From positions 31,186,001-31,250,000 of the forward strand of contig OX597840.1 in NCBI GenBank assembly GCA_951406725.2: DNA of 64,000 bases, read 5' to 3'. Positions 1-55,095 of the stretch are shown here, one piece after another. A program made the translations under genes and the position numbers. The first letter of the stretch is position 1. Each line of letters opens with the position of its first letter. The stretch is from Octopus vulgaris (Eukaryota). The notes under the pieces were generated by a model. It had not been told where the DNA came from. It made no database searches and worked only from the letters and a program-made list of their open reading frames with translations.

Positions 1-30
1 CTGTTCAACGTTCTTTCGAGTTTCTTACCT

Positions 31-74
<44 letters not shown>

Positions 75-106
75 TTATGTATGTAAATGGCATCCTCTTA
101 TATATA

Positions 107-1236
107 TGCGGCGAGCTGGCAGAAACGTTAGCACGCCGGGCGAAATGCGTAGTCGTATTTCGTCTGCCGTTACGTTCTGAGTTCAAATTCCGCCGAGGTC
201 GACTTTGCCTTTCATCCTTTTGCGGTTGACTAAATAAGTACCAGTTACGCATTGGGGTCGATGTAATCGACTTAATACCTATGTCTGTCCTTGTTTGTCC
301 CCTCTGTGTTTAGCCCCTTGTGGGTAGTAAAGAAATAGGTATTTCGTCTGCCGTTACGTTCTGAGTTCAAATTCCGCCGAGGTCGACTTTGCCTTCCGGG
401 GTCGATAAATTAAGTACCAGTTACGCATTGGGGTCGATGAAATCGACTTAATACCTATGTCTGTGCTTGTTTGTCTCCTCTGTGTTTAGCCCCTTGTGGG
501 TAGTAAAGAAATAGGTATTTCGTCTGCCGTTACGTTCTGAGTTCAAATTCCGCCGAGGTCGACTTTGCCTTTCATCCTTTTGGGGTCGATAAATTAAGTA
601 CCAGTTACGCATTGGGGTCGATGAAATCGACTTAATACCTATGTCTGTGCTTGTTTGTCTCCTCTGTGTTTAGCCCCTTGTGGGTAGTAAAGAAATAGGT
701 ATTTCGTCAGCCGCTACGTTCTGAGTTCAAATTCCGCCGAGGTCGACTTTGCCTTCCGGGGTCGATAAATTAAGTACCAGTTACGCATTGGGGTCGATGA
801 AATCGACTTAATACCTATGTCTGTGCTTGTTTGTCCCCTCTGTGTTTAGCCCCTTGTGGGTAGTAAAGAAATAGGTATTTCGTCTGCCGTTACGTTCTGA
901 GTTCAAATTCCGCCGAGGTCGACTTTGCCTTTCATCCTTTCGGGGTCGATAAATTAAGTACCAGTTACGCATTGGGGTCGATGTAATCGACTTAATACCT
1001 ATGTCTGTCCTTGTTTGTCCCCTCTGTGTTTAGCCCCTTGTGGGTAGTAAAGAAATAGGTATTTCGTCTGCCGTTACGTTCTGAGTTCAAATTCCGCCGA
1101 GGTCGACTTTGCCTTTCGGGGTCGATAAATTAAGTACCAGTTACGCATTGGGGTCGATGTAATCGACTTAATACCTATGTCTGTGCTTGTTTGTCCCCTC
1201 TGTGTTTAGCCCCTTGTGGGTAGTAAAGAAATAGGT
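107..1236 (+). mobile_element. SINE family A tandem array (1 head + 6 bodies)
   Basis: tRNA-like head GGCGAGCTGGCAGAAACGTTAGC...GAGTTCAAATTCC; central GCCTTTCATCCTTTCGGGGTCGATAAATTAAGTACCAG block; units restart at 338, 514, 698, 874 and 1058; flanked by ATCCTCTTATA(T/C)ATA duplication (92-106 / 1237-1251). Confidence 0.85.
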
Positions 1237-1390
1237 ATCCTCTTATACATACAATTACACTTGCTTCCGTGCATGCGCATCTGTGTGCGCGCGTGCGTAC
1301 ATTGACAACAATCCCTCGACTATCGCGAGTGCTATGTTCCAGAACCCACCGCGATAAGTGAAAATCCGCGAAGTAGAAACTTTGCTGTAT

Positions 1391-1629
1391 TCTTTTACTA
1401 GTTTCAGTCATTTGACTGCGGCCATTCTGGAGCACCGCCTTTTAGTCGAACAAATCGGCCCCAGGACTTATTCTTTGCGCGCCTAGTACTTATTCTATCG
1501 GTCTCCTTTTGCCGAACTACTAAACACACCAACATCGGTTATCAAGCGATGGTGGGAGAGAAACACAGACACACAAACATACTTACACACACACACACAC
1601 ACACACACGCGCGCGCGCACACGCACACA

Positions 1630-1663
<34 letters not shown>

Positions 1664-1859
1664 TACGTACACACACACACACATATACATATATACAACG
1701 GGCTTCTTTCAGTTTCCGTCTACCAAATCCACTCACAAGGCATTGGTCGGCCCGGGGCTATAGCAGAAGACACTTGCCCAAAGTGCCACGCAGTGGGACT
1801 GAACCCGGAACCATGTGGTTGGTAAGCAAGCTACTTACCACACAGCCACCCCTGCGTCT
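1391..1859 (-). mobile_element. SINE family B (tRNA head, internal microsatellite, GTAAAAGA tail)
   Basis: Reverse complement of GGCGCAGGAGTGGCTGTGTGGTAAG...GGTTCAGTCCC...CCTTGGGCAAGTGTCTT...(TA/TG)n...TGACTGAAACAAGTAAAAGA; more than 15 copies in the window. Confidence 0.85.
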
Positions 1860-1967
1860 ATGTTGTTACTCTTACTTCAAAACTCCTACTCCTGCACCTA
1901 TATAGCCACTCCTGCGCCTCTATACTTTATACTTTTTTATATTATTTGTATAATTTGTATATATTTA

Positions 1968-3215
1968 TCTCTCTATATATAAAGTTGTCTGTGTGGGTGT
2001 GTGGCAAGTTTGGTAGCCTTCAACTAACACTATCTCCTCCGAGACCCTGCGGCGCAATTTAACCAAAATTGAGAGTATGATAGAAGAAGGCTTGCTCTTC
2101 CTTTCGAAGAAGAAATAATTCAAATCTCTATGAAAATCTCTAATTTTTTAACGATTTTTTGATTGCTGTGTCGCCATTTTTCGGTGTATTTCAACCAGAA
2201 AAATGTTTACTTAAAGAGAATAACAAGCTACATAATGCAAAATTTTTACTTTTCAAAAATTCCAATTCTACAGGGTCGAAACATATCCGAGCAATGCCGG
2301 GTGATACGGCTAGTCTATATTTATAAAGCTGAAGTTGTCTGTGTGTGGCAGGTTTGGTAGCCTTCAACTAACACTATCTCCTCCGAGACCCTGTGGCGCA
2401 TTTTGACCAAAATTGAGAGTATGATAGAAGAAGGCTTGCTCTTCCTTCCGTAGAAAATAAAATTCAAATCGGAACATGTTAACACCAAAAATTATTTATA
2501 CCAAAAAGGTGCTTTTTTTCTATGAAAATTTCTAATTTTTTAACGATTTTTTGACTGCTGTGTCGCCATTTTTCGGTGTATTTCAACCAGAAAAATGTTT
2601 ACTTAAAGAGAATAACAAGCTACATAATGCAAAATTTTTACTTTTCAAAAATTCCAATTGTAAAGGGTCGAAACAAACCCGAGCAACGCCGGGTGATACT
2701 GCTAATCTATATATATAAAGCTGAAGTTGTCTGTGTATGGCAGGTTTGGTAGCCTTCAACTAACACTATCTCCTCCGAGACCCTGTGGCGCATTTTGACC
2801 AAAATTGAGAGTATGATAGAAGAAGGCTTGCTCTTCCTTCCGTAGAAAATAAAATTCAAATCGGAACATGTTAACACCAAAAATTATTTACACCAAAAAG
2901 GTGCTTTTTTTTGAAAATCTCTAATTTTTTTAACGATTTTTTGATTGCTGTGTCGCCATTTTTCGGTGTATTTCAACCAGAAAAATGTTTACTTAATGAG
3001 AATAACAAGCTACATAATGCAAAATTTTTACTTTTCAAAAATTCCAATTCTAAAGGGTCGAAACAAACACGAGCAACGCCGGGGATACTGCTAGTCTATA
3101 TATATGAAGCTGAAGTTGTTTGCGTATGGCAGGTTTGGTAGCCTTCAACTAACACTATCTCCTCCAAGACCCTGTGGCACAAATTGACCAAAATTGAGAG
3201 TATGATAGAAGAAGG
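1968..3215 (+). mobile_element. non-autonomous Helitron, tandem array of 3 units plus a partial fourth
   Basis: Units (1968, 2314, 2706, 3095) start TC(TC)TATATATAAAG and end in an ACCCGAGCAACGCCGGG hairpin followed by CTAG|T; head-to-tail arrangement typical of rolling-circle elements. Confidence 0.8.
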
Positions 3216-3483
3216 AGGAATCGACGTATGCTTAGATAATAAACCGCGATAAATGAACCGTGATATGGCGAGGGATTGCTGTATGCACATGTTCTTCTTT
3301 TGGAATATCTCGAAGCACACATATAAAGCTATAGATAATCCTTTTCCATATACTCACAAAGTCTGAAATTTTTAGGGGAAAAGGCTCGTCGATTATTTTG
3401 ACCCCATTGGACACACGGGTACTTATTTTATCGACCTCGAAAGGATAAAAGGCAATGTCGACCTCTGCGGAATTTGAACTGCA

Positions 3484-4190
3484 ATCATGATCATCATTGT
3501 TCGACCGTGGTCGAGACAATGGAATTTACCATGCTACGCCAGACTTCACGGTCCATCATGGCATTACGGAGGTCCTGTTGCTGGATGCCTGTATCCCTGG
3601 AGATTACATCAGGGTAGGAGAGTGTGCGCCCTCTGGTATCGCGAGCAGATGGCTTCCAGAGGAGAAGAGTAGAAATTACTTCTTTTTTCAGCTCTACAAC
3701 AATGTCCAGCAAACTGGACTCTCCTACCTTTCACAAGAGATGACACAGGTGGTAGTTTCCCATATATTTGCATTTTGGTTGGATGGCGTTTCCACAAGAG
3801 ATTTTGAGCTCTCATAAGGAGGCGAGTGTAGGTTCCATTCAACCGCTTCTCAAGCTTCTTTGATAACATCCAGGTTTCTGAGCCATATAGTAGAATTGGT
3901 TCGACTGTGGCTTTGAATATTTCAAGCTTGAAGTCTCTACTTAGATTTGATGACCAAATCTTATGCATGTCATTACAGGCTGACCAGGCCATACCCTTTC
4001 TAGTTAGAAAGTCTTTTCCAGATGATGATATGTATGACCCAAGATATCTATAATCAGAAACCATATTTAAGGGCGCGTTGTTGAGAGTATGGATGATGCA
4101 ATCACTGTTGGACAGGCACTTGTTTATGTATTCAGTTTTGGCCTCATTGATGTAAAGACCTACACAATTTGAGGCTTGTTCAAAGTTGCA
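3484..4190 (-). mobile_element. RTE-clade LINE, 5'-truncated (C-terminal RT region, frameshifted)
   Basis: ORF 3609-4064 YRYLGSYI...VEPILLYGSETW...RRVQFAGHC continues in a shifted frame to ...MMDREVWR; TGA-like short-repeat tail near 3484-3500. Confidence 0.85.
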
Positions 4191-4270
4191 GTCTAATGAC
4201 TAACACAAGTAAAAGATAAAAGAAAAAACCGAAAAATTGTTCAGAAAGCCTTTTGTTTGTTTATTCATAG

Positions 4271-45594
<41,324 letters not shown>

Positions 45595-46201
45595 ACAACG
45601 AACATTTGGAACGGCACTCGACATTTAGAACAGTTAAACGCCAAAGAATAATTGATACAATTGTTAAGCATCAAACGCTGATACAACAACCAAACCCAAA
45701 GTGTGGTCTCTGCTGCAAAAATAACAATTATTTCTGCCAATCACCAAGTGTTTTTTTTGTTTGTTGCTAAACACCAAATATTCGTATTGTTAAAGATTTA
45801 CAGCTAAATGTCAATTTTATAGAAATATGCCAAAATGTTTTTGGCTGCGAAACTTCAACAGTTGTCTCTTCTAACATAAAACAACAAAATATCTGGCAGT
45901 GAAATAACAGACGTTGATATAACAACTAAACCAGCTGATTATCACTTTAATACAAAATACCAAAATGTCTTTTGCTTCTAAGACTTCAAGAAATATTTTT
46001 ATTGCTGCTAAACATTAAGTGTTTTTGCTGTCAAATCCGAACAATTGTGTCTTCTGTTACGAAACGTCGAACGGTTTTGTAATTAAACGTAAACAGGTTT
46101 GATACGACGCGACGCGTATCTTTGCTGCTAAACACCAAATATTTTTTTAACAGTTGAAAAAATTAACCCTTTATTATTTAATATAAACTATTGTAAAATC
46201 G

Positions 46202-46226
46202 AATAAATTTATGATTGTTTAATAAA
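46202..46226 (+). terminator. candidate polyadenylation signals of the ABCG gene
   Basis: Two AATAAA hexamers (46202, 46221) about 610 nt after the stop, at the end of unique sequence just before a microsatellite block. Confidence 0.5.
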
Positions 46227-46294
46227 GTGTTCTTGTAAAAAAATCTTATGTATGTATGTATGTACGTACGTACGTATGTATGTATGTATGTATG

Positions 46295-46325
<31 letters not shown>

Positions 46326-46448
46326 ATATGTACGTCCGTGTATGTTTGTATATGTATATATAATCGTGTATATATATATACATATAAGTATATATATATT
46401 TGTAAATATACATATACACATGTACATATATGTATATATGCATATATT

Positions 46449-46486
<38 letters not shown>

Positions 46487-46569
46487 TATTTCATACATAT
46501 AGATGCATATGTATATACATATATAATTGTATATATATATATATATATATATATTTATTATATAGAAGG

Positions 46570-46620
46570 AGCTTCTACAGGACTAGTACTGTTTCATTCA
46601 AGAGAAATCTTCAGGAAGCT
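46570..46620 (-). ncRNA. type I hammerhead ribozyme in the Penelope pLTR
   Basis: Reverse complement of the 50745-50795 motif. Confidence 0.85.
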
Positions 46621-46994
46621 ATTTAACAAGAATTGTATTAGCATTTATACATTTAGGCAGGTTTAAAGGAGTGGTGGTGGGGGACTTTTTGGGGGTAGGC
46701 ATAGCGCAAAATATCATACTTGGGGGAGTGGTCAAGGAGTCAGTGGTAAGTTAGATGAAAGAATAAATAAATAAAAAAATAAAAAAATAAAAAATAAATA
46801 AAAAATAAAAAAATAAAAAAATAAAAAATATAAAAAATATATATAAAAAAATATATATATAAAATATATATATAAAAAAATATATATATAAAAAAAGGGG
46901 GGATAGAGTTATAGGTAAATAAGGAGATTCTCACTTATACCTATACACACATGTATACGTATCTACACACACATACATACACACACATATATAT

Positions 46995-47037
<43 letters not shown>

Positions 47038-47190
47038 CATATGTACACACATACATACATATCTACATACACACATACATACACCCGCCCACATATACAA
47101 ATTTATACACATGCACATGCCTATACCTGTCTACACATACACACACGTATATATGCATACACTCACTCCCATGCATGCACGCATACACAC

Positions 47191-47227
<37 letters not shown>

Positions 47228-47925
47228 CACGACCACACATACATATATACACATAAAAATATATATTCATACGCACATACACTCATGCACACACAACACA
47301 CCTAGTTCCCTATATACACATATTTACACCTATATATACATACACCCACATACACCTATGTACACATATATATATATAAACATATACACGCATACATATA
47401 TATACATGTGTGCACATACATACATACACACATATATACATACACATACACATACACATGTGTACCTATACATACCTACACATACACACATACATACATA
47501 CAAATATACATATACATATATATATATACAATCCAATACAGGCCCATTCCCTAATTTTAATTTTATTATCTTCATTTATTACTTTTGTTATCTTTGATCG
47601 CTAGGGCTAAGAATCCTGGCAATGGCTGCATGTCCATTTGTCTGTCTACTAGAAGGCAAGTACTCATTCCCGCACGCACACTCATTAGCACGTACATTCA
47701 CCCATTCGTACACTCATACACATACACGTACTCACGCGTTATATTCATACATACAAACATCTACATACGTTCACGTATATACACATACGTACTCGTACCT
47801 ACAGATTCGTGTCTACACTTTAGGAGGCTAGTCTATACATATACACCAATAAATATACATATATATATATATACCCGCATATACATACACACACACACAT
47901 ATATACTCCTACATACAGATACATA

Positions 47926-47975
<50 letters not shown>

Positions 47976-48473
47976 CATACACATACACACATACATATAC
48001 ACACACATACATACACATATATATACATACACAAACATATATACACACATATATATATACATACACACATACACACATACATACGTATACATACATACAT
48101 ACATCCATACATCCATACTTACATGCATTTATACGCATACACACACCCATCTATATATATGTATATATATATATATATATATATACACACTCACACATAC
48201 ATATACAAATCTACGCACACACATACATACATACACGTATACGCATACACGCACATACACATATACATGCGTACCCATACACGTGCACACACGCACGCGC
48301 ATCCATATATATACACACACACACATATATATACACGTGTGCAAGCATACATACATACATACTCATACGCGCACACATACTTACAAATACATATATGCAC
48401 ACACTTACACACATATATATACATACACATATACATGCATACATACATATATGCATACATACACACACGCACT

Positions 48474-48519
<46 letters not shown>

Positions 48520-48582
48520 TATATACATATATAGATATATATACACATACATACACATACACATACATACACACATATACAC

Positions 48583-48619
<37 letters not shown>

Positions 48620-48822
48620 TACATATATACACATATACATACATATACATACACACACACATACATATATACATATACACTGATACACATACCCATACAT
48701 ACACATGCATATACTTATATCACTACATACTCACATATATAAACATATATACATATACACACATACATATATACATGTACATACACATACGTATGCATAT
48801 ATATATATATATACATATATAT

Positions 48823-48869
<47 letters not shown>

Positions 48870-49127
48870 TACATATACACATATACATGTATACATACGC
48901 AAAAATGATACACATATATACACATACACACACACAGACAGATGCATATACATACATATATATATATAAACTACATATCTATATAAATACATACATAATA
49001 CACATATACACACACATATATATACATTCATGCATATACATATACAAGTATACATACACATACATACACACACACGCGCACACATACCTATACACACACA
49101 CATATACAAATACATACATACACACAT

Positions 49128-49163
<36 letters not shown>

Positions 49164-49529
49164 ACATGTACACATATACATATGTATATATATATCAACA
49201 AGGGAGGGTAAAGTTAATTAGTTATTAATCAATTTCATCAAGTGTTCAGTATGTAAAGGGACCATTATTATTTTGAGTAAACAATGTTAGAGGGAAAAAA
49301 ATTCTCTAAGTAGTGGAAGAGGCTAAAAAACTTTATTGGCTGCTATTTCTAGAAAGTTTAGTATGTGGCAAAGTAATTTATTTTATTTTCCTAAGCCCTA
49401 ATTATATAATATTTTATACATACATACACATACATAAGCACATACATTTACACATACATATGCATATACATATATACACATATACATACAAACACATATA
49501 CACATATACACACACACACACATACAAGC

Positions 49530-49574
<45 letters not shown>

Positions 49575-49814
49575 AATATATATACATATATATTTTTACA
49601 TGCATACATACACACACACACACATAATACATGCGTATATTCCTACTGTACCCATGCATTTCTATACATATATACATACATACATACGATACACATATAC
49701 AAGCGTGCACATATAATATGTGAAAGGTCTTAGGAGAAAAGGTAATCGGGGGTGCTAGGGGAACAGTGGGGTTGGGGGGGGTTGTAGGGGGGTTGTAGGG
49801 GGGGGGGGTTGTCA

Positions 49815-50432
49815 TCAATCAGGTTGCCGGGTAGGTCTATAGTTCTTGTAGTTCGCATACTTCTTATGCATGCAATTTGGGGAGTGTTCTGAAAATTTGT
49901 TAAGGAGAGGGCCTTTGGCGAACAAGATCTCTAGGCTCTCTGATATGCATAGGTCACAGCAGGTATGTCCTCCTGTGTACGAGCGCGCCTTCTGTAGTAG
50001 TTTCCACTTGGTCTTGAAGGGGATTGAGTTCCTTTTAAGGTACCAGATGTGGGCGGCGAGGGTAGTTTGGTTGGATTTATCCTGTCGCCGGAACGAGTGT
50101 GTATGTGCATACCAGCGGGTCTTAAAGCTGTTTGACGTCATTCCAATGTAGGATTTACTTTTATCGTCAAGGCCTGATCTTACCTCGCATTTATATACTA
50201 GGTCCCTCTGTAGGCAGTTGTTGTTGAGGGGGCAGGTGGTTTTATCATGGCAGTTGCAATTGCTATCGGACGTTGGATGGGCCCCGGAGAAAGTAGATAT
50301 GTTAAGTTTTTTCACATTGTTGTTGGCTAGGTTCCTGGCTAGGTTGGGCGTGGTAGAGTAGGAGAGTCTAATAGTGTTCTTATTTAGGATAGTGTAGTAC
50401 TTATGTTGGGTGGGGAAGTGTTTCTGTAGGAG
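49815..50432 (-). CDS. Penelope-like element C-terminal linker + GIY-YIG endonuclease (uninterrupted but 5'-truncated)
   Basis: LLQKHFPTQHKYYTILNKNTIRLSYSTTPN...CNC...CPLNNNCLQRDLVYKC...SYIGMTSNSFKTRW..H..SF...LAAHIW.LK...CDLCISE...LLNK...CMHKK*; LVY...YIG, catalytic R/E/N pattern. The CNC-CPL-C signature recalls Nematis-type PLEs (from memory). Confidence 0.88.
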   Translation of the reverse strand, partial: LLQKHFPTQHKYYTILNKNTIRLSYSTTPNLARNLANNNVKKLNISTFSGAHPTSDSNCNCHDKTTCPLNNNCLQRDLVYKCEVRSGLDDKSKSYIGMTSNSFKTRWYAHTHSFRRQDKSNQTTLAAHIWYLKRNSIPFKTKWKLLQKARSYTGGHTCCDLCISESLEILFAKGPLLNKFSEHSPNCMHKKYANYKNYRPTRQPD

Positions 50433-50744
50433 AGAATCTCCTTATTTACCTATAACTCTATCCCCCCTTTTTTTATATATATATTTTTTATATATATATT
50501 TTATATATATATTTTTTTATATATATTTTTTATATTTTTTATTTTTTTATTTTTTTATTTTATTTTTTTATTTTTTATTTTTTTATTTTTTTATTTATCT
50601 ATTCTTTCATCTAACTTACCACTGACTCCTTGACCACTCCCCCAAGTATGATATTTTGCGCTATGCCTACCCCCAAAAAGTCCCCCACCACCACTCCTTT
50701 AAACCTGCCTAAATGTATAAATGCTAATACAATTCTTGTTAAAT

Positions 50745-50795
50745 AGCTTCCTGAAGATTTCTCTTGAATGAAACAGTACTAGTCCTGTAGAAGCT
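50745..50795 (+). ncRNA. type I hammerhead ribozyme in the inverted Penelope pLTR
   Basis: AGCTTC-CTGAAGA-tTTC tctt GAAt-GAAACAG tactagtc CTGTA-GAAGCT; predicted cleavage after 50789 (GUA). Confidence 0.85.
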
Positions 50796-50878
50796 CCTTC
50801 TATATAATAAATTAATTTTACTCTGCTATGTATTGAGTACCTTACTTACTGTGGTTAACCCCGAATCAACCCGGGACC

Positions 50879-50936
<58 letters not shown>

Positions 50937-50940
<4 letters not shown>

Positions 50941-51127
50941 TCAGTCATTCGACTGCGGCCATGCTGGAGCACCGCCTTTAGTCGAGCAAATCGACCCCGG
51001 GACTTATTCTTTGTAAGCCCAGTACTTATTCTATCGGTCTCTTTTGCCGAACCGCTAAGTGACGCGGACGTAAACACACCGGCATCGGTTGTCAAGCAAT
51101 GCTAGGGGGACAAACACAGACACACAA

Positions 51128-51190
<63 letters not shown>

Positions 51191-51356
51191 TACGACAGGC
51201 TTCTTTCAGTTTCCGTCTACCAAATCCACTCACAAGGCATTGGTCGGCCCGGGGCTATAGCAGAAGACACTTGCCCAAGATGCCACGCAGTGGGACTGAA
51301 CCCGGAACCATGTGGTTGGTTAGCAAGCTACTTACCACACAGCCCCTCCTGCGCCT
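50937..51356 (-). mobile_element. SINE family B
   Basis: Reverse copy. Confidence 0.85.
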
Positions 51357-51394
51357 ATATATATATTTATGCGTGTATAAACATACATACATAC

Positions 51395-51431
<37 letters not shown>

Positions 51432-51508
51432 AATACATACATACAGCTAAATATATACATGGTCAACTGACGCGACACCTTTCTCACAAATATATATATG
51501 TATGTATA

Positions 51509-51550
<42 letters not shown>

Positions 51551-52011
51551 CTTATCCATCTCTCACTCTCTCTCTGTCTATTGTATTTACTCATGTATAA
51601 GTCAAATTATTTAATACTTGATTTTAACTGAGAAAAAAAACGTGGGGTGCGACTTATCCACAAGTTAAAGTTAAAACTATGAAGGTAAAAAATTGTCAGG
51701 ACAGATGTTAGCGTTTTATACATTGTTGTTAAGCAGGTTATGGGTCTATAATTTTTTGGTTCATTTGTTTCTTCATTTTTTGGAAGTAGGAATGTTAACC
51801 CATTGGAATGTTAAGCCAAGAGGGACTCATACTAGGATGTTGCAAAACATTGTTGTAAAGTTCATGACCTAGTTAGAATTTTCTTCAGGTTGAGTAGCCC
51901 ATCCCGCTCAAAAGGTCCCTGAATAATGGTTGTTTAAGGATGTTGAAAGAACCACCCATGTTTCCAGAGGTGAATTATTCAAACCCCAAAGAATCCCTCT
52001 CAACACATGGC

Positions 52012-52083
<72 letters not shown>

Positions 52084-52105
52084 CATTATTATTATTATTA
52101 TTATT

Positions 52106-52636
52106 GAGTGAGAGAGCAGTGCGTGCCCTCAAAGTGACACTGGGGTAAAATATACGAAGCCCAGTCTACCCATCATGACTACCCGTCTGATAAGGGTACA
52201 CCAGGCACATGCATCACAACCATATGTGCACGACATGGTGAACTCATATCAAGATAATCAGCGCATGACCTTGCAGGTGGAGCCCAGTTAGATTTTCTTC
52301 AGGTCCTGTAACCCATCCCGCACAAAAGGCTCCTGAATAAGGGTTGTTTAAGGATGCTGACTGAAACATCGATGTTTCCAGAGGTGAATTATTCAAGCCC
52401 CAAAGAATCCCTCTCAACACATGGCTATGATGCTCCCCCACTACTTCTGCTCGTGATCAGAGATGCACATATCGTCAGCCACTAAGGGACATGCTCAACT
52501 GGTTAAGGTCAAACAACTGACAAGCAAATCTGTGGTATTGAGCAGAATATTTGCTGTAGCCCATCTTTTATACCAAGACAAAACAATGTACATGATGACA
52601 CTTCCAATCAGTTAAGATCAGAAGCCATGAGAGCCA
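52106..52636 (-). mobile_element. family F (AAT)n-associated element
   Basis: Reverse homologue of 11257-11810 with (ATT)n at its 3' end. Confidence 0.7.
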
Positions 52637-52827
52637 TCATCATCATCATCATCATTATTATTATATATATATATATATACTCTTTTTACTCTTTTTACTT
52701 GTTTCAGTCATTTGACTGCGGCCGTGCTGGAGCACCGCCTTTAGTCGAGCAAGTCGACCCCGGGACTTATTCTTTGTAAGCCCAGTACTTATTATCATTA
52801 TTATCATTATTGTTATTGCTGTTGTTG

Positions 52828-52876
<49 letters not shown>

Positions 52877-53287
52877 CATTATTATTATTAATCTATTTAT
52901 ACACATAAGCTCGCATACTTAAGATAAAAGAATAAGTTGTTGATTCTCTAAATCTGGATTTACAACCCAGACCCACAAATACTTCTTCATATAAACGCGT
53001 ACACTTATAATGCACATCCATACACACATACATACATACATACTTAACCCCCCCCCACACGCACACAATGCAAATGTTTTTTTTTCATGTGAAGTTATAT
53101 AAAAACAGTTTAGCATTAAACTGAAAGAATACTTAACGGTTTTAATGAAGTACACATTAATTAATTAAATTTTGCAAAGAAGTGTTTGGCGGTGACTTCA
53201 AAGGTGTCGTCTGCTCGCCGTCGAAAACCACCAGCAAGAGAAATACATGCTAGGTGTGTGAGGGTCTGTGTCAATCCGTCTGTCTGC

Positions 53288-53739
<452 letters not shown>

Positions 53740-53849
53740 ATAGCCATCTATCTCTGCTTACATAACTACGCTTTCGTGTGTTTATATGAATATACATACA
53801 TACATACATACATACAAACATACATACATACATACATACATACATACAT

Positions 53850-53908
<59 letters not shown>

Positions 53909-53964
53909 GAAATATTAAAATTACTAAGTCTCTATAAAAGAGATTATGGCAGCGTTTACTGGAA

Positions 53965-54398
53965 ATTAATTGTTATCGCCATATTAATATGGCATTCTTA
54001 TAGATATAAGATTAATCGCTGCCATGGTCAGCTCCATGAGGCCACCGCCATCAAGATAGCTATTGATACACGATCTGTATCCATTATAACCTTCGAACAA
54101 GGGAGGTCAGCCGCTTCACACTGCCAGTCCGACAGCTACAGACGCGTTTCGGGGTATTGCCCCTTGTCAATGTAGCGCAGTCAGACCCGCAGGTGTCGCC
54201 ACTGACGTCTCTGTTCGAAGGCTTATATTTACCTAGTTTCAGTGTGAAGCGGCTGACCTCCCTTGTTCGAAGGTTATAATGGATACAGATCGTGTATCAA
54301 TAGCTATCTTGATGGCGGTGGCCTCATGGAGCTGACCATGGCAGCGATTATTCTTATATCTATAAGAATGCCATATTAATATGGCGATAACAATTAAT
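53965..54398. mobile_element. short Penelope-like insertion forming a 159-bp inverted repeat around a hammerhead
   Basis: Arms 53965-54123 and 54240-54398 are almost perfectly complementary. Confidence 0.8.
54135..54176 (-). ncRNA. minimal hammerhead ribozyme, U3-A8 variant
   Basis: GCTACA-TTGACAA-GGGG caata CCCC-GAAAC GC GTC-TGTAGC; all stems perfect, palindromic stem III ACGCGT. Confidence 0.82.
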
Positions 54399-54408
54399 AT
54401 ATATATAT

Positions 54409-54829
54409 ACTCTTTTTACTCTTGTTACTTGTTTCAGTGATTTGACTGCGGCCATGCTAGAGCACCGCCTTTAGTCGAGCAACTCGACTCCGGGACTTAT
54501 TCTTTGTAAGCCCAGTACTTATTCTATCAGTCTCTTTTGCCGAATCGCTAAGTAACGGGGACATAAACACAGCAGCATCGGTTGTCAAGCAATGCTAGAG
54601 AGACAAACACAGACACACAATCACACACACAAACACATACACATATATATATATATGCATATATACGACAGGCTTTCTTTCAGTTTCCGTCTACCAAATC
54701 CACCCACAAGGCTTTGGTCGGCCCGAGGCTATAGTAGAAGACACTTGCCCAAGGTGCCACGCAGTGGACCGAACCCGGAACCATGTGGTTGGTAAACAAG
54801 CTACTTACCACACAGCCACTCCTGCGCCT
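54409..54829 (-). mobile_element. SINE family B
   Basis: Reverse copy. Confidence 0.85.
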
Positions 54830-55095
54830 ATGTATGTTTCTGAATTTGGAGAAAAGTGTCATCTACAGGTGGCGCAGCTGCTTTATTTAATGGCAACTGC
54901 TTCTGACACCATTTTCGAAACATTTTGAAAGACAAGAAAAAGCAAACTTCTCTTGATACGATTCGAATGAAACGACATGTGTGAAAAATGGAGAAGTCTG
55001 TCCAAAAAGCGCAAATTAAGCGGAGTGCGAAAACGCTTGGGATTATTGTTCTTCCTCAAGTCTTAACGGAAGGAGATTCTCCTCCCAAACAATAA

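Larger units (their letters stand above)
46553..50812 (-). mobile_element. Penelope-like retroelement, 5'-truncated, with inverted pseudo-LTRs
   Basis: Near-identical ~380-bp inverted repeats 46553-46932 and 50432-50812, each with a hammerhead; GIY-YIG ORF between them. Confidence 0.88.

Noticed and set aside
49765-49810. G-quadruplex-forming tract
   Set aside because: Plausible G-runs, but simply part of the Penelope 3' UTR (C-rich in the element RNA); no evidence of function.
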